DNA of 62,985 nucleotides from a candidate division TA06 bacterium SM23_40 (GCA_001303705.1 LJUI01000007.1:1-62985); one strand, 5' to 3'. Numbered from the stretch's first letter, positions 7,598 to 17,095 are shown. The notes: generated by a model not told the origin, from the sequence alone. Numbers and translations are program-made.

Positions 7598-10500
7598 ATG
7601 GAACGGCCGGTCATCAATAACCGGTATGAAATGCTGGAGAAAATGGGCGAAGGGGGGAGCGGAGAGGTCTATCGGGTGAGGGATCTGCTCAAGGAGCGCA
7701 CCGTGGCCCTCAAGATGCTCTCGCGCCTCGGCGGGGCGGGCGAGCGCTATCTGCGCTTCAGGCACGAGTTCAGGACCATGACCAGGCTCCGCCATCCTCA
7801 CATCGTCGAGGTGTACGACTTCGGCGTCACCCAGGATGACATTCCCTTCTTCACCATGGAGCACATAGCCGGCGGGACTATCACAGAGTACCTGGCTCGT
7901 GTCGGCCTCGAGTACCCGACCCTGGCAATGCTGCTCACCCAGATCTGCCAGACCCTCGAATACATACACGGCAAGGGGCTGGTCCACGGCGACATCAAGC
8001 CCGGCAACATCCTCGTACAGGAGGGAGAGACACCTGCTGTCAAGCTCATGGACTTTGGCCTGGCAGCACGGATAGCCGATCTCGCCCGGGCCGGGGTCAC
8101 GGAGACAGCGCAGACCGGTCTCCTCGCCGGTACGCTCGAATACATCGCACCCGAGATCGCCCGGGGCCGGTATGCCGACCGCCGCACCGACCTGTACTCG
8201 CTGGGGGTCGTGCTCTACGAGATCGCCACGGGCATCTGCCCGTTCAGGGGAGACAGCCCGGTCTCTCTCATTCGCCAGCACCTCGAGACCGCCCCCATAC
8301 CTCCCAGCGAGCAGGTGGAAGAAGTCGATACAGAACTCGAAGAGATCATTCTCCGGCTCCTGGAGAAGCGACCCTCGCACCGCTTCCAGTCTGCTGCAGA
8401 GTTGATGAATCGGCTGCTCAGCATCGGTGATGAGGAATTGGCGGTCCTTCCTCTCCCTTCTGATCACATCATGAGTGCGGAGTTCGTGGGCCGCGAGGAA
8501 GAACTGCGTGCTCTCCAGTCCGTACTCGAAGAGGCGACAGGTGGGGCGGGAAGAACAGTTCTTGTCGAAGGTGAAGTCGGCGTTGGAAAATCACGCCTCG
8601 TCGAGGAGTTCAAATTCAACGCTCAGCTCGAGCGGGCCGCAACCCTGGAAGCGACCTGCTTTCAGGGACAGAGAGAACTCCACGGTGCGGTGCGCGACAT
8701 CATACTGCAGGCAGTTGGACTTGTCGAACCGAGAAATCCAGACCTCGTATACCAGCATGCGAGAGCGCTCATCAGGTTCGTTCCCGAACTCCGCGAGAAA
8801 CCCTATCTAGCCTACATCGAGGAGCCGCCCGAGCTCGAGCCAGCGCAGGAGCGGCTCCGTTTCCTCGACGATGCCGCCCGCTTCCTCTCGGCGGCATCAC
8901 ACCACCAGCCACTCGTAGTCTTCATCGACAATCTCCACCTCGCAGACAGGATGACCGTCGAGTTCGTGCGCTACCTTGCGAGAAACGTGAAGCGGAACCG
9001 TATCTTGCTCTGCGCCACGTACAGAAAAGGAGAGCTCCCCCTCGCTGACGAAAGCGAACGAGGGACTCGTGTGGCTCAGCTCATCTCGTGGCTCGCCGAG
9101 CGCACTGACGTCCGGGAGATCACACTGGAGCGCATGCGGAAGGACGAGATCAAGGTTCTCATCAGCACCCTGCTTGGAGCTGCCGACCCTCCGGCCGAGC
9201 TCGCCGGCTTTCTCTTCGAGCGCACCGGAGGAAACCCACTCTTCTGCGTCGAGATGCTTCGATCCATGGTCGAAGAAGGCCTGCTCGTGCGTCGGAACCA
9301 TCAGTGGCAGTTCTCCAGGCCCGGCGTGCCCGCCGTTCCCCGCACGGTACGGACGATAATAGGCCGACGTCTCGAGCGTCTTGATAGGACACGAAAGGAG
9401 ATCGTTGAGGCGATAGCGATTGCCAGGAAGGACATTGAGGTAGAGACACTCCGCGAGATGGTAGGGCGCGATGAAGAAGAGCTTCTCGACTGCCTCCACG
9501 AACTCGTGCGAGTAGGCATAGTCGAGGAGAGGAGGCCCGATGCCTCGATCACCTATCAGTTCGCCCACGCCCTGCTCAAGCAGACAGTGTACGAAAGCAT
9601 CTCCGAAGACGCAAGACGCGAACTGCACGGAAGACTTGCACATCTCCTAAGGGCGGCGTGTGGCGACGATGAGGCTTTTGCCGGCGACCTCGCCTATCAC
9701 TTCCACAATGGAGGCGATATAGAGGAAGCGCTCCACTACTCCCGCGTTGCTGCAACACGCGCGGCGAACGCCTACGCAAACGAGGAGGCAATCGAGCACT
9801 ACAGCCGCATCCTCGCCCTGCTCGGCGATGACGGGGACGAGTATCGGCTCGAGATCCTCCTCACGTTGGGAGAACTTTACGATGTGACCGGGTGCTATAA
9901 CGAGGCAGTGAAGACCAACGAAGATGCGCTCGCTCTTGCCAAGCGCCTGAAGGCTCCACCAGCGACGGTGGCCGACATCCACCGCCGCCTGGGTCACATC
10001 TGGTTCCAACAGGGACAGTACGAGCAGGCCCACAGAGCCCTCCGGAAGGGGATCCAGCGGCTCGGAGCGAAGAGCGAGACACCGGAGATGGCTCGTCTGC
10101 GGAACGAGATCGGGTGGATATACGTGCGCCAGGGCGAACACGAGAAGGCAATCGAAAGTTGTCTCAAAGGACTCCGGCTCGTCGAGGCTACCGACCACTT
10201 CTATGAGCTCGCCCAGTCCCAGAATCTGCTCGGCGTGATCTATCTCAACAAAGGCGACTACGAGCGCGCGACGAGATATCATCTCGAGGCGCTCGAACTG
10301 AGGGAGAAGGTTGGAGCACGACGCGACGTGGGGGGATCATACATCAACCTCGGGGTCTGCGCCTCGAGAGCAGCAAGATGGGAGGAGGCGGCCGACTACT
10401 ATCGAAAGGGTCTGAAGATCATGCAGGAGGTGGGCGCTGTCCGCGGCATCGCGATTCTCCTCGACAATCTCGGCAATCTCGCGAGCCGGAGAGGCGAACT

Positions 10501-13021
10501 GGACCAGGCCCTCGATTACTCGCTTCAGGCGCTGGAGATCGCCGAACGAATCGGGGACCGCCAGGGGATCGCGCGTCTCTACAACAACCTCGGTTTGACA
10601 TGCGAACGGCGGGGAGAGTATGAACGGGCTCTTGAGTTCCAGATGAAAGGGCTGGAGCTGCGGCAGGCAATGGGGGATTCGAGAGGGACCGTGATCGGAC
10701 TGCACAACTTGGGGTCGATCCAGATGAGAATGGGCTCGTGGGATCAGGCACGCGAAACGCTGCTCCAGGGGCTCGCCATGAGCAAGGATGTTGGAGAACC
10801 TGGCGTGGCGGTCGCGTGTTCCCTGCTCCTCGGTCAACTCCACCACCGGATGGGCGCCTGGGACGATGCGCTCGACCACTACCTCAGTGTCATCCGCGAT
10901 TGCGTGCGAATGAAGGACCTGCTCAGAGAGGCCAACGCCTCAGGACTCCTCGGCCTGCTGCACCTCGACCGAGGCGACACTGAGGCGGCACAACCTCTGT
11001 TCACCCGTCAACTGGAGGTCGCCGAAAAGGTCGGCGCTCGCGACGAGCTCGTCGCCGCCCACATTGGTCTCGCACAGTACCACCTGGCCCGAGGCGAGGA
11101 TGACGAGGCAAACCGTCTGGCCCTGAAAGCGGTGGATGTATCCCGCCAGATCGGCATTCCTGTACTCAAGGGTGAGGCGCTCACCGTCGCAGCCACAACA
11201 TGGAGTGCGCTCGGGGAGAGGGAGCAGGCCCGTGAAGCGTTCGATGAGGCCATTGAGCTTCTGCAGTCGACCGGCGCACCGTACGAGCACTCCCGCGCAC
11301 TGGCTGCCTCGGGATGGGACAGGATAGATGCCGGGGAGACAGAACGAGGGTGGGAAGATCTCGGAGAGGCCGAGACTATTTTCCTGAAGCTCGGTGCAGC
11401 ACGAGAAGCGTCGAAAATCTGGGATGGCGTGAAGGGCGCCGACGATTCCTACGTCTCGAAGCTTCGTAAGGAGGGGAAGGAGCTCGCGACCCTCTACCGG
11501 ATCAGCCAGGTTATGAACTCAATCCTCGATCTCGATCGCTTGCTTGACAAGGTCATGGATCTCGTCGTCGAGACAATGCGTGCAGAGCGCGGCGTCCTGA
11601 TGCTCCTCGACAGTCAGACTGGCACTCTCGACGTACGGGTCGCGCGCAATATGGATCGGGCTACGATCGAGGATGCGCGTAACATCAGTCTCGGAATCAT
11701 CAGAGATGTGGCACGACGCGGACAACCCGTCGTTACTGCAGATGCCCAGACCGATGCCCAGTTCAAGGAGCGGGAGAGCGTCGTTCTGTACGGCATCAGA
11801 TCGCTACTCTGCGTTCCCCTCAAGATCCGGGGAGAGATCGTCGGCACGATCTATCTCGACAACCGACGCGCGTCCGACATGTTCGGCCCGGACGATGTCG
11901 AGTTCCTTACGGCGTTCGCCAACCAAGCTGCCATCGCGCTCGAGAATGCGCGTATCTATGTGGAGCTCAAGGAGGCCAAAGAGCGTCTGGACCAGGAGAA
12001 CATTGCTCTCCGCAAGGAGGTAGTGGGCCGCTATCGGTTCGAGAACATCGTCGGCCGAAGTGCGAGGATGGAGGAAGTATACGATCTCGTAGAGAAAGTG
12101 TGCCAGAGCCGAGCCAACGTACTCATCTTCGGGGAGAGCGGCACAGGCAAGGAACTTATCGCCAAGACGATCCACTATCACGGCCCGCGCGCCCAGGGGC
12201 CGTTCGTCCAGATCAACTGCGCTGCCCTGCCCGAGACCCTGCTGGAGAGCGAACTCTTCGGCATCGAGCGGGGAACGGCAACCGGTGTCGACCGCCGGAT
12301 CGGGAAGTTCGAACAAGCAGACGGAGGAACGCTCTTCCTCGACGAGATCGGCGATATGAGCCCTGCCGTCCAGGCCAAGGTGCTGCGCGTATTACAGGAG
12401 CGGGAATTCGAGCGCGTGGGCGGGCGAAAGACCGTCTCGGTCGATGTCAGGATCATCGCCGCAACGAATAAGGATCTGGAACGCCTGGTGAAGGATGGGA
12501 CCTTCCGTGAGGATCTGTACTACCGTCTCAACGTGGTGCCGATCATCATTCCTCCCCTGCGCCAGCGGCGGGACGACATACCGGAGCTTGCAGATCACTT
12601 TCTCATGCGATTTGCTGCGGAGAACGACCGGGAACTCACCGGCATCTCACCCGCCGCCATGCGCCTCCTTATGTCCTACGACTGGCCGGGGAACGTGCGC
12701 GAATTGGAGAATGCAATCGAGCGAGCCGTGGTGATCGAGTGCGAAACAGCCATCGCTCCTGAGAGCCTGCCCCAGGCTGTGGTCCAGGCCGTGGAGGCGC
12801 CAAGGACCGAGCCGACCGAAGAAGATCTGCACCATATGGATTACCGGAAGGCGAAAGAGGTGCTCATCGATCGATTCGATCGCGACTACCTGGAGGATCT
12901 TCTCTTCCGTAACTGCGGCAACATATCCCAGTCCGCCCGGGAGGCAGGTATGGACAGACGAAATCTCCAGACCAAGCTGAAGCGGTACGGGATCGATCCA
13001 GAGAAGTTCCGCAGGCAATAG
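7598..13021 (+). CDS. 1,807-aa chimeric regulator: Ser/Thr protein kinase + P-loop (AAA_16/STAND-like) NTPase + TPR array + GAF + sigma54-interaction AAA+ + Fis-type HTH
   Basis: ATG 7598 with GGAG upstream. Kinase motifs: [26 protein letters not shown]-loop [10 protein letters not shown] (about 8569-8598). TPR-like repeats span about 9.7-11.4 kb and GAF about 11.48-11.96 kb. The AAA+ domain (12038-12733) has [19 protein letters not shown] and [36 protein letters not shown] lies at about 12916-12990. Confidence 0.9.
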   Translation: MERPVINNRYEMLEKMGEGGSGEVYRVRDLLKERTVALKMLSRLGGAGERYLRFRHEFRTMTRLRHPHIVEVYDFGVTQDDIPFFTMEHIAGGTITEYLARVGLEYPTLAMLLTQICQTLEYIHGKGLVHGDIKPGNILVQEGETPAVKLMDFGLAARIADLARAGVTETAQTGLLAGTLEYIAPEIARGRYADRRTDLYSLGVVLYEIATGICPFRGDSPVSLIRQHLETAPIPPSEQVEEVDTELEEIILRLLEKRPSHRFQSAAELMNRLLSIGDEELAVLPLPSDHIMSAEFVGREEELRALQSVLEEATGGAGRTVLVEGEVGVGKSRLVEEFKFNAQLERAATLEATCFQGQRELHGAVRDIILQAVGLVEPRNPDLVYQHARALIRFVPELREKPYLAYIEEPPELEPAQERLRFLDDAARFLSAASHHQPLVVFIDNLHLADRMTVEFVRYLARNVKRNRILLCATYRKGELPLADESERGTRVAQLISWLAERTDVREITLERMRKDEIKVLISTLLGAADPPAELAGFLFERTGGNPLFCVEMLRSMVEEGLLVRRNHQWQFSRPGVPAVPRTVRTIIGRRLERLDRTRKEIVEAIAIARKDIEVETLREMVGRDEEELLDCLHELVRVGIVEERRPDASITYQFAHALLKQTVYESISEDARRELHGRLAHLLRAACGDDEAFAGDLAYHFHNGGDIEEALHYSRVAATRAANAYANEEAIEHYSRILALLGDDGDEYRLEILLTLGELYDVTGCYNEAVKTNEDALALAKRLKAPPATVADIHRRLGHIWFQQGQYEQAHRALRKGIQRLGAKSETPEMARLRNEIGWIYVRQGEHEKAIESCLKGLRLVEATDHFYELAQSQNLLGVIYLNKGDYERATRYHLEALELREKVGARRDVGGSYINLGVCASRAARWEEAADYYRKGLKIMQEVGAVRGIAILLDNLGNLASRRGELDQALDYSLQALEIAERIGDRQGIARLYNNLGLTCERRGEYERALEFQMKGLELRQAMGDSRGTVIGLHNLGSIQMRMGSWDQARETLLQGLAMSKDVGEPGVAVACSLLLGQLHHRMGAWDDALDHYLSVIRDCVRMKDLLREANASGLLGLLHLDRGDTEAAQPLFTRQLEVAEKVGARDELVAAHIGLAQYHLARGEDDEANRLALKAVDVSRQIGIPVLKGEALTVAATTWSALGEREQAREAFDEAIELLQSTGAPYEHSRALAASGWDRIDAGETERGWEDLGEAETIFLKLGAAREASKIWDGVKGADDSYVSKLRKEGKELATLYRISQVMNSILDLDRLLDKVMDLVVETMRAERGVLMLLDSQTGTLDVRVARNMDRATIEDARNISLGIIRDVARRGQPVVTADAQTDAQFKERESVVLYGIRSLLCVPLKIRGEIVGTIYLDNRRASDMFGPDDVEFLTAFANQAAIALENARIYVELKEAKERLDQENIALRKEVVGRYRFENIVGRSARMEEVYDLVEKVCQSRANVLIFGESGTGKELIAKTIHYHGPRAQGPFVQINCAALPETLLESELFGIERGTATGVDRRIGKFEQADGGTLFLDEIGDMSPAVQAKVLRVLQEREFERVGGRKTVSVDVRIIAATNKDLERLVKDGTFREDLYYRLNVVPIIIPPLRQRRDDIPELADHFLMRFAAENDRELTGISPAAMRLLMSYDWPGNVRELENAIERAVVIECETAIAPESLPQAVVQAVEAPRTEPTEEDLHHMDYRKAKEVLIDRFDRDYLEDLLFRNCGNISQSAREAGMDRRNLQTKLKRYGIDPEKFRRQ

Positions 13022-13122
13022 GATACCACTACCTGCCACCACTTCCTGTTCTCCCCGATCGACCACAGCACTTCTCCGTTCCCCCTCAGACATCGATGCC
13101 ATGTCAACCAGCGTTGATCCCG

Positions 13123-13182
13123 GAGACGGCGACGAGCCCCGAGCCGGCGATGACCCAAGAGACGGCGACGAGCCCCGAGCCG
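13123..13182. repeat. Two copies of a 24-nt direct repeat at 36-nt period
   Basis: GAGACGGCGACGAGCCCCGAGCCG occurs at 13123-13146 and again at 13159-13182, in the non-coding gap after the regulator. Confidence 0.8.
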
Positions 13183-13333
13183 CGGAGATCCGCCCTCGGC
13201 TATCAGGGCCATTGAAGCCTTATCCGGCCGTGAACATCTAGACTGCTGCGGCGTGCAGGCTACACCCGATACTACCTCTCCGGGCGCGTAACTCACCGAC
13301 TGGTATGAGGATGCCCCTGACCGACGAGCAGCA

Positions 13334-13355
13334 GGTGCGGCACCCAGACCGCACC
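13334..13355. promoter_or_regulatory. Palindromic candidate enhancer (UAS) GGTGCGG-N8-CCGCACC, copy 1
   Basis: GGTGCGGcacccagaCCGCACC. Its centre lies about 121 bp upstream of the -24 GG of the sigma54 promoter at 13465. An identical half-site pair with the same spacing occurs at 16942-16963. Confidence 0.55.
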
Positions 13356-13464
13356 CGGCCGGGCATCACATATACCTGCGCCTCGCGTCCATGGCTATCG
13401 TAACAAAAGGGCAGACAGTAAGTTATGATCGTCACGCAGAAACGGAGTGGAGGGATTCATCCCG

Positions 13465-13480
13465 TGGCACAGGTCTTGCT
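13465..13480 (+). promoter_or_regulatory. sigma54 (-24/-12) promoter TGGCAC-N5-TTGCT
   Basis: TGGCACaggtcTTGCT is an exact match to the TGGCAC-N5-TTGCW consensus. It sits in a non-coding gap about 220 nt upstream of ATG 13702, immediately downstream of a sigma54-type activator gene. Confidence 0.75.
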
Positions 13481-13701
13481 TTACCAGAATAGTGCGCGGG
13501 GAGCAGTGATGGCCCCGCAGAGGAAAGTGGAAGCGACCCGGCGGCACAGAGCCCAGGCGTTCTCTCTTGAAGGAATGGAAACGTTATGATAGACTACTCG
13601 CGGCCTCTGCCATTCCGATCAGAGGAGCCGGTCCTGCGCCGCCGGCCGCAGACCGAACCAAGGGGAGTTCGAGGGCTCCCCGGCAACAGGAGGGAAGGAG
13701 A

Positions 13702-16065
13702 ATGCGTAGACAGAGAGGAATCGGATGGTGGCATGGTGCCATTGCAGGACTTCTGCTCCTCGCGGGAGCAGCGGCCTCATACGGCATCGACATCGAGCCT
13801 GATGATGACTCCTGGGTCGATCAGGCTAACCCGCCGATGAACTACGGCACTGACTGGGACATCCACGTTGGATACTGGAACGGGATCCAGCGCGGGTACT
13901 TCAAGTTCGATGTGAGCGGCATACCTGATGCCGACACGGTATACGAGGCCAAGGTCTATCTATACCTGTACGGCTCGGGCGGCCCTGTCGTCAACTACGG
14001 GATGCATAAGGTGTACGACGACTCCTGGAGCGAGACAACGATCAACTGGATAAACCAGCCCATGACACACGGACCGACGATCTCGGTGAATGCGATCGGC
14101 GGCATCAGCCCGCCCGGCTGGTACATCTGGGATGTAACAGATGATGTGGAGATCGAGCACCTCCTCCTGGCAGATGACATCCTCAGCCTGGTGCTCAAGC
14201 TCGAGGACGAGGCCCCACCGCCTCCCAATTGGCCGTGGGCCGAGTTCTACGCCAAGGAGAACTTCACCAACGAGCCGTACCTTATGGTCGCTCACGGGCA
14301 CCGGGGGTTCGAGCCCTCGACCGAGGTGTTGACCGGCGTATGGCAGGGAGATGCCGCGTGGTCCGACACGGACGGCGACGGGGATCTTGACCTCGCGCTC
14401 CACGGCAACTCGAGTATCACCCAGCCGGGCACGAATGTGACCGAGGTGTACAAGAACTTCTACCTCGGGTTCACCTATCTCCACCAGAACCAGTCTCTTG
14501 ACGGCGTGTGGAGCGAGGGATCGAATTCGATGGCCTGGGGTGACTACGATGGAGACGGGGATCCGGACCTGGCGGTCGCAGGAGACACGGGCTCGGGATT
14601 CACAACTTCAGTCTATCAGAATGACGGCGAGGGCAACCTCACGCTCGACGCGAATCAGAATCTTCCGGGTGTGAAGAATGCCTCACTCGCCTGGGGTGAC
14701 TATGATGGCGACGGCGACCTCGACCTGGTACTCGCCGGACATGACGGTACTGCCAACATCTGCCGCATCTACGAGAATGACCACCGACACCGGCTGGTCT
14801 GGGACCCGAATCAGAACTTGACGGGTATCAACGCCGGCTCGGTAGCGTGGGGCGACTACGATAACGATGGGGATCTCGACCTCGCCATCGCCGGCGGCTC
14901 CGCCGGCGGCCGGATAACGGAGCTGTACAAGAACGGACCCACCGGAACCCTGACGCTCGATCCGAGCCAGAATCTGGTCGGAGCCAGTCTCTGTTGCCTG
15001 GCGTTTGGCGATTACGACAACGATGGCGATGTCGATCTGGCACTGACAGGATCGACTGGCGCCGGAGCCCAGAAGTCATACCTGTACGAGAACACAAATG
15101 CTGTCTACTCCCTGACCGACAGCCTGCGCCATCTGTACCGCAGCTCCCTCGCATGGGGAGATGTCGACGGCGATGGGTACCTCGACCTCGGGCTTATGGG
15201 GTATGACGGGGGCACGCTCCACAGTTACGTGTACTACCAGTCGCGGTGGCCTCTGATCGGCATCTTCACCGAGCGCGATTGGGGATTCTCGGGCGTTCGT
15301 GAAGGCTCGCTCACATTCGCCGACTACGATGGAGATATCGATCTCGATCTCCTCATCACGGGGGCGACATGGGACGAGCCGCGCGCAGACCTGTACGACA
15401 ACCGGGGGACGATCAACACCGCGCCGTCCCCGCCGACGAGCGGTTTTTCCTCGAGCCATGCGGCAGGCGTGCTCACGCTCGCCTGGGGGAACGGCAGCGA
15501 TACCGAGACTCCGTCTTCCGGCCTGTACTACAACCTGAGAGTGGGCACCAGTTCCGGTGCGGACGACGTGAGGAGCGGCGTGCTCGCCACGCCGATGCTG
15601 GGGAACTACCTCCAGACGAATTCGATCTCGCTCAACGTTCCGAGCGACATCTACTACTGGAGCGTACAGACGGTCGACCCAGGCATGCAGGTCTCCAGCT
15701 GGTCGGGCGAACAGGTGTTCACTCCTGGCGTCACCGTACAGATGGTCCCGGATACGACCCCGATCATCATCCCGCAGGGAGGCGGGTCATTCGGATTCAC
15801 CGCCATCCTCACTAACAACACGGCGTCTCCACAGACGGTCCAGGGATGGATCGAGGTGACACTCCCCAACGGCAATCCGTATGGGGGGAACCCGGTCATC
15901 GGTCCGCTCAGTGTAACGCTCAACCCCGGCCAGGTTTTCTCCAAGCACATGACGCAGAGCGTCCCGGGAAACGCACCTGCCGGTGCCTACGTGTACGACG
16001 GCGTGATTGGCCAACCCTATCCCATACAGCTCGACAGGGACGGAATCGAATTCACCAAACAGTAA
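13702..16065 (+). CDS. Secreted FG-GAP/VCBS-repeat protein with N-terminal DNRLRE-like domain and an uncharacterised ~105-aa C-terminal beta-domain
   Basis: The internal ATG 13702 has GGAAGGAG upstream and a signal peptide (MRRQRGIGWWHGAIAGLLLLAGAAASYG). N-terminal domain: DDSWVDQANPPMNYG...YFKFDVSGIP...WSETTINW. More than 7 repeats of WGDYDGDGDLDL. There is no FlgD-like tail. Confidence 0.85.
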   Translation: MRRQRGIGWWHGAIAGLLLLAGAAASYGIDIEPDDDSWVDQANPPMNYGTDWDIHVGYWNGIQRGYFKFDVSGIPDADTVYEAKVYLYLYGSGGPVVNYGMHKVYDDSWSETTINWINQPMTHGPTISVNAIGGISPPGWYIWDVTDDVEIEHLLLADDILSLVLKLEDEAPPPPNWPWAEFYAKENFTNEPYLMVAHGHRGFEPSTEVLTGVWQGDAAWSDTDGDGDLDLALHGNSSITQPGTNVTEVYKNFYLGFTYLHQNQSLDGVWSEGSNSMAWGDYDGDGDPDLAVAGDTGSGFTTSVYQNDGEGNLTLDANQNLPGVKNASLAWGDYDGDGDLDLVLAGHDGTANICRIYENDHRHRLVWDPNQNLTGINAGSVAWGDYDNDGDLDLAIAGGSAGGRITELYKNGPTGTLTLDPSQNLVGASLCCLAFGDYDNDGDVDLALTGSTGAGAQKSYLYENTNAVYSLTDSLRHLYRSSLAWGDVDGDGYLDLGLMGYDGGTLHSYVYYQSRWPLIGIFTERDWGFSGVREGSLTFADYDGDIDLDLLITGATWDEPRADLYDNRGTINTAPSPPTSGFSSSHAAGVLTLAWGNGSDTETPSSGLYYNLRVGTSSGADDVRSGVLATPMLGNYLQTNSISLNVPSDIYYWSVQTVDPGMQVSSWSGEQVFTPGVTVQMVPDTTPIIIPQGGGSFGFTAILTNNTASPQTVQGWIEVTLPNGNPYGGNPVIGPLSVTLNPGQVFSKHMTQSVPGNAPAGAYVYDGVIGQPYPIQLDRDGIEFTKQ

Positions 16066-16095
16066 GACTCCTCCCTCCACCCTCAGCTTGCAGAA

Positions 16096-16128
16096 CGAAG
16101 GACCTGGGTTCCATTCCCAGGTCCTTCG
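16096..16128 (+). terminator. Hairpin terminator candidate (13-bp stem, weak U-tract)
   Basis: CGAAGGACCTGGG (16096-16108), loop TTCCATT, CCCAGGTCCTTCG (16116-16128). It lies 30 nt after the stop at 16065. Confidence 0.5.
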
Positions 16129-16357
16129 CCTCCCCCCAATTCTCAGGATATGAGACACTTTCCCGGACGAGTGAGAATCTTAACACTGCTTCTTCTCTCG
16201 AACATATGTGTCGCGTGCCCGGAAATCCCCCGCTGCCGGGGCGCAGACGGGTTGATCCCCGATTTTTGCACTCGCCGTGTATCTGGTACGATGATTGCTC
16301 CCTCTATAAGTATGATAGGAGTCCTTCCTTCTCCTCTTCTCCGGGAACAGACTCCAT

Positions 16358-16385
16358 CGTACGTCGACCAGCGTACGTCGACCAG
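16358..16385. repeat. Tandem 14-bp direct repeat x2 (CGTACGTCGACCAG)
   Basis: Two perfect copies at 16358-16371 and 16372-16385, about 30 nt upstream of the start at 16415. Each copy contains the palindromes CGTACG and GTCGAC. Confidence 0.85.
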
Positions 16386-16414
16386 ATGCGCCACTGAGGG
16401 AGGTTATCGCATCG

Positions 16415-16789
16415 ATGTTCGGCAAGCTCACCCCAAGCCCCCCACCCATAGCAGTGGCTCTCACTCCGGACAGGGCGCTGGTCGCGCGAGGTGACCTGTT
16501 GGGATGGAGCTACACCATATCCAACATGACCGATCGGGCGTGTGACCTCTGCGCGTGGTTGTCTCTCCTGTTTCCCGATCTCAAGGAGCGACGGCTGGCC
16601 GGTCCTCTCGCCCTGAGCTGCGGCCCGCGGCAGATGTACGACGGCCATCGGACCCTGCTCGTCCCGGCGGATGCGCCCCTCGGCCAGTACAGGCTTGCTC
16701 TGCGCGTCGGCCCGGCGGGACGGTACCCACGCCTGTGGGATGAGGACGAATTCCGCTTCCGCACAATCGCATTTCCATCCTGGCCCTAA
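16415..16789 (+). CDS. Hypothetical 124-aa protein consisting of a stand-alone copy of the C-terminal beta-domain found in the 13702 and 60792 gene products
   Basis: IAVALTPDRALVARGDLLGWSYTISN...LLVPADAPLGQYRLALRVG...WDEDEFRFRT aligns by eye with the C-termini of the FG-GAP and beta-helix proteins. It has no signal peptide and a weak RBS, so it could be a gene remnant. Confidence 0.45.
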   Translation: MFGKLTPSPPPIAVALTPDRALVARGDLLGWSYTISNMTDRACDLCAWLSLLFPDLKERRLAGPLALSCGPRQMYDGHRTLLVPADAPLGQYRLALRVGPAGRYPRLWDEDEFRFRTIAFPSWP

Positions 16790-16941
16790 ATGCAGCCCGC
16801 CGGAGACAGGCCGATCCCGCCCCACTCTCCTCCTCAATTGTCCGGCGTCGATGTCCGACGTGCCAATCGACATCGCCCCCGGGGCGCCGGCTCTATTCTC
16901 TCCGCGAGCTCTGCCATGACCGGCTGATGTCGGCAAGCGTT

Positions 16942-16963
16942 GGTGCGGTGTCTGCACCGCACC
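16942..16963. promoter_or_regulatory. Palindromic candidate enhancer (UAS) GGTGCGG-N8-CCGCACC, copy 2
   Basis: GGTGCGGtgtctgcaCCGCACC. Its centre lies about 129 bp upstream of the -24 GG of the sigma54 promoter at 17080. Confidence 0.55.
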
Positions 16964-17079
16964 CAAGGCTCCCGGCGACGCCGTACCGAATGCGACCATG
17001 CCCGTCGCGTGTCCATAATCTACCACTGCGCATATAGTTCCGTCCATCGGGTCCACAGATCACCGGTCCCACGGCAGAC

Positions 17080-17095
17080 TGGCACGGTGCTTGCT
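17080..17095 (+). promoter_or_regulatory. sigma54 (-24/-12) promoter TGGCAC-N5-TTGCT
   Basis: TGGCACggtgcTTGCT is an exact consensus match, located in non-coding DNA. The next plus-strand gene starts at 17511. Confidence 0.7.

Noticed and set aside
7478-10282. Long antisense ORFs opposite the giant regulator (7478..8467, 8897..9643, 9647..10282 on the minus strand), plus similar ones elsewhere: 26977..28050 +, 32586..33515 +, 36129..36938 +, 37985..38764 +, 59062..59787 +, 16304..17056 -.
   Set aside because: Their translations are Arg/Gly/Pro/Asp-rich and low in complexity. They lack RBSs and fully overlap genes with clear family motifs on the other strand. These are typical shadow ORFs of high-GC DNA.
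13022-13566. ORFs in the gap after the regulator (12886..13296 -, 13238..13435 -) and the 36-nt-period repeat as a possible coding repeat or mini-array.
   Set aside because: The translations are poly-Arg/Leu/Gly nonsense. Only two repeat copies exist and they have no spacer-like organisation, so this is not a CRISPR array. The region is better explained as regulatory DNA (UAS plus sigma54 promoter).
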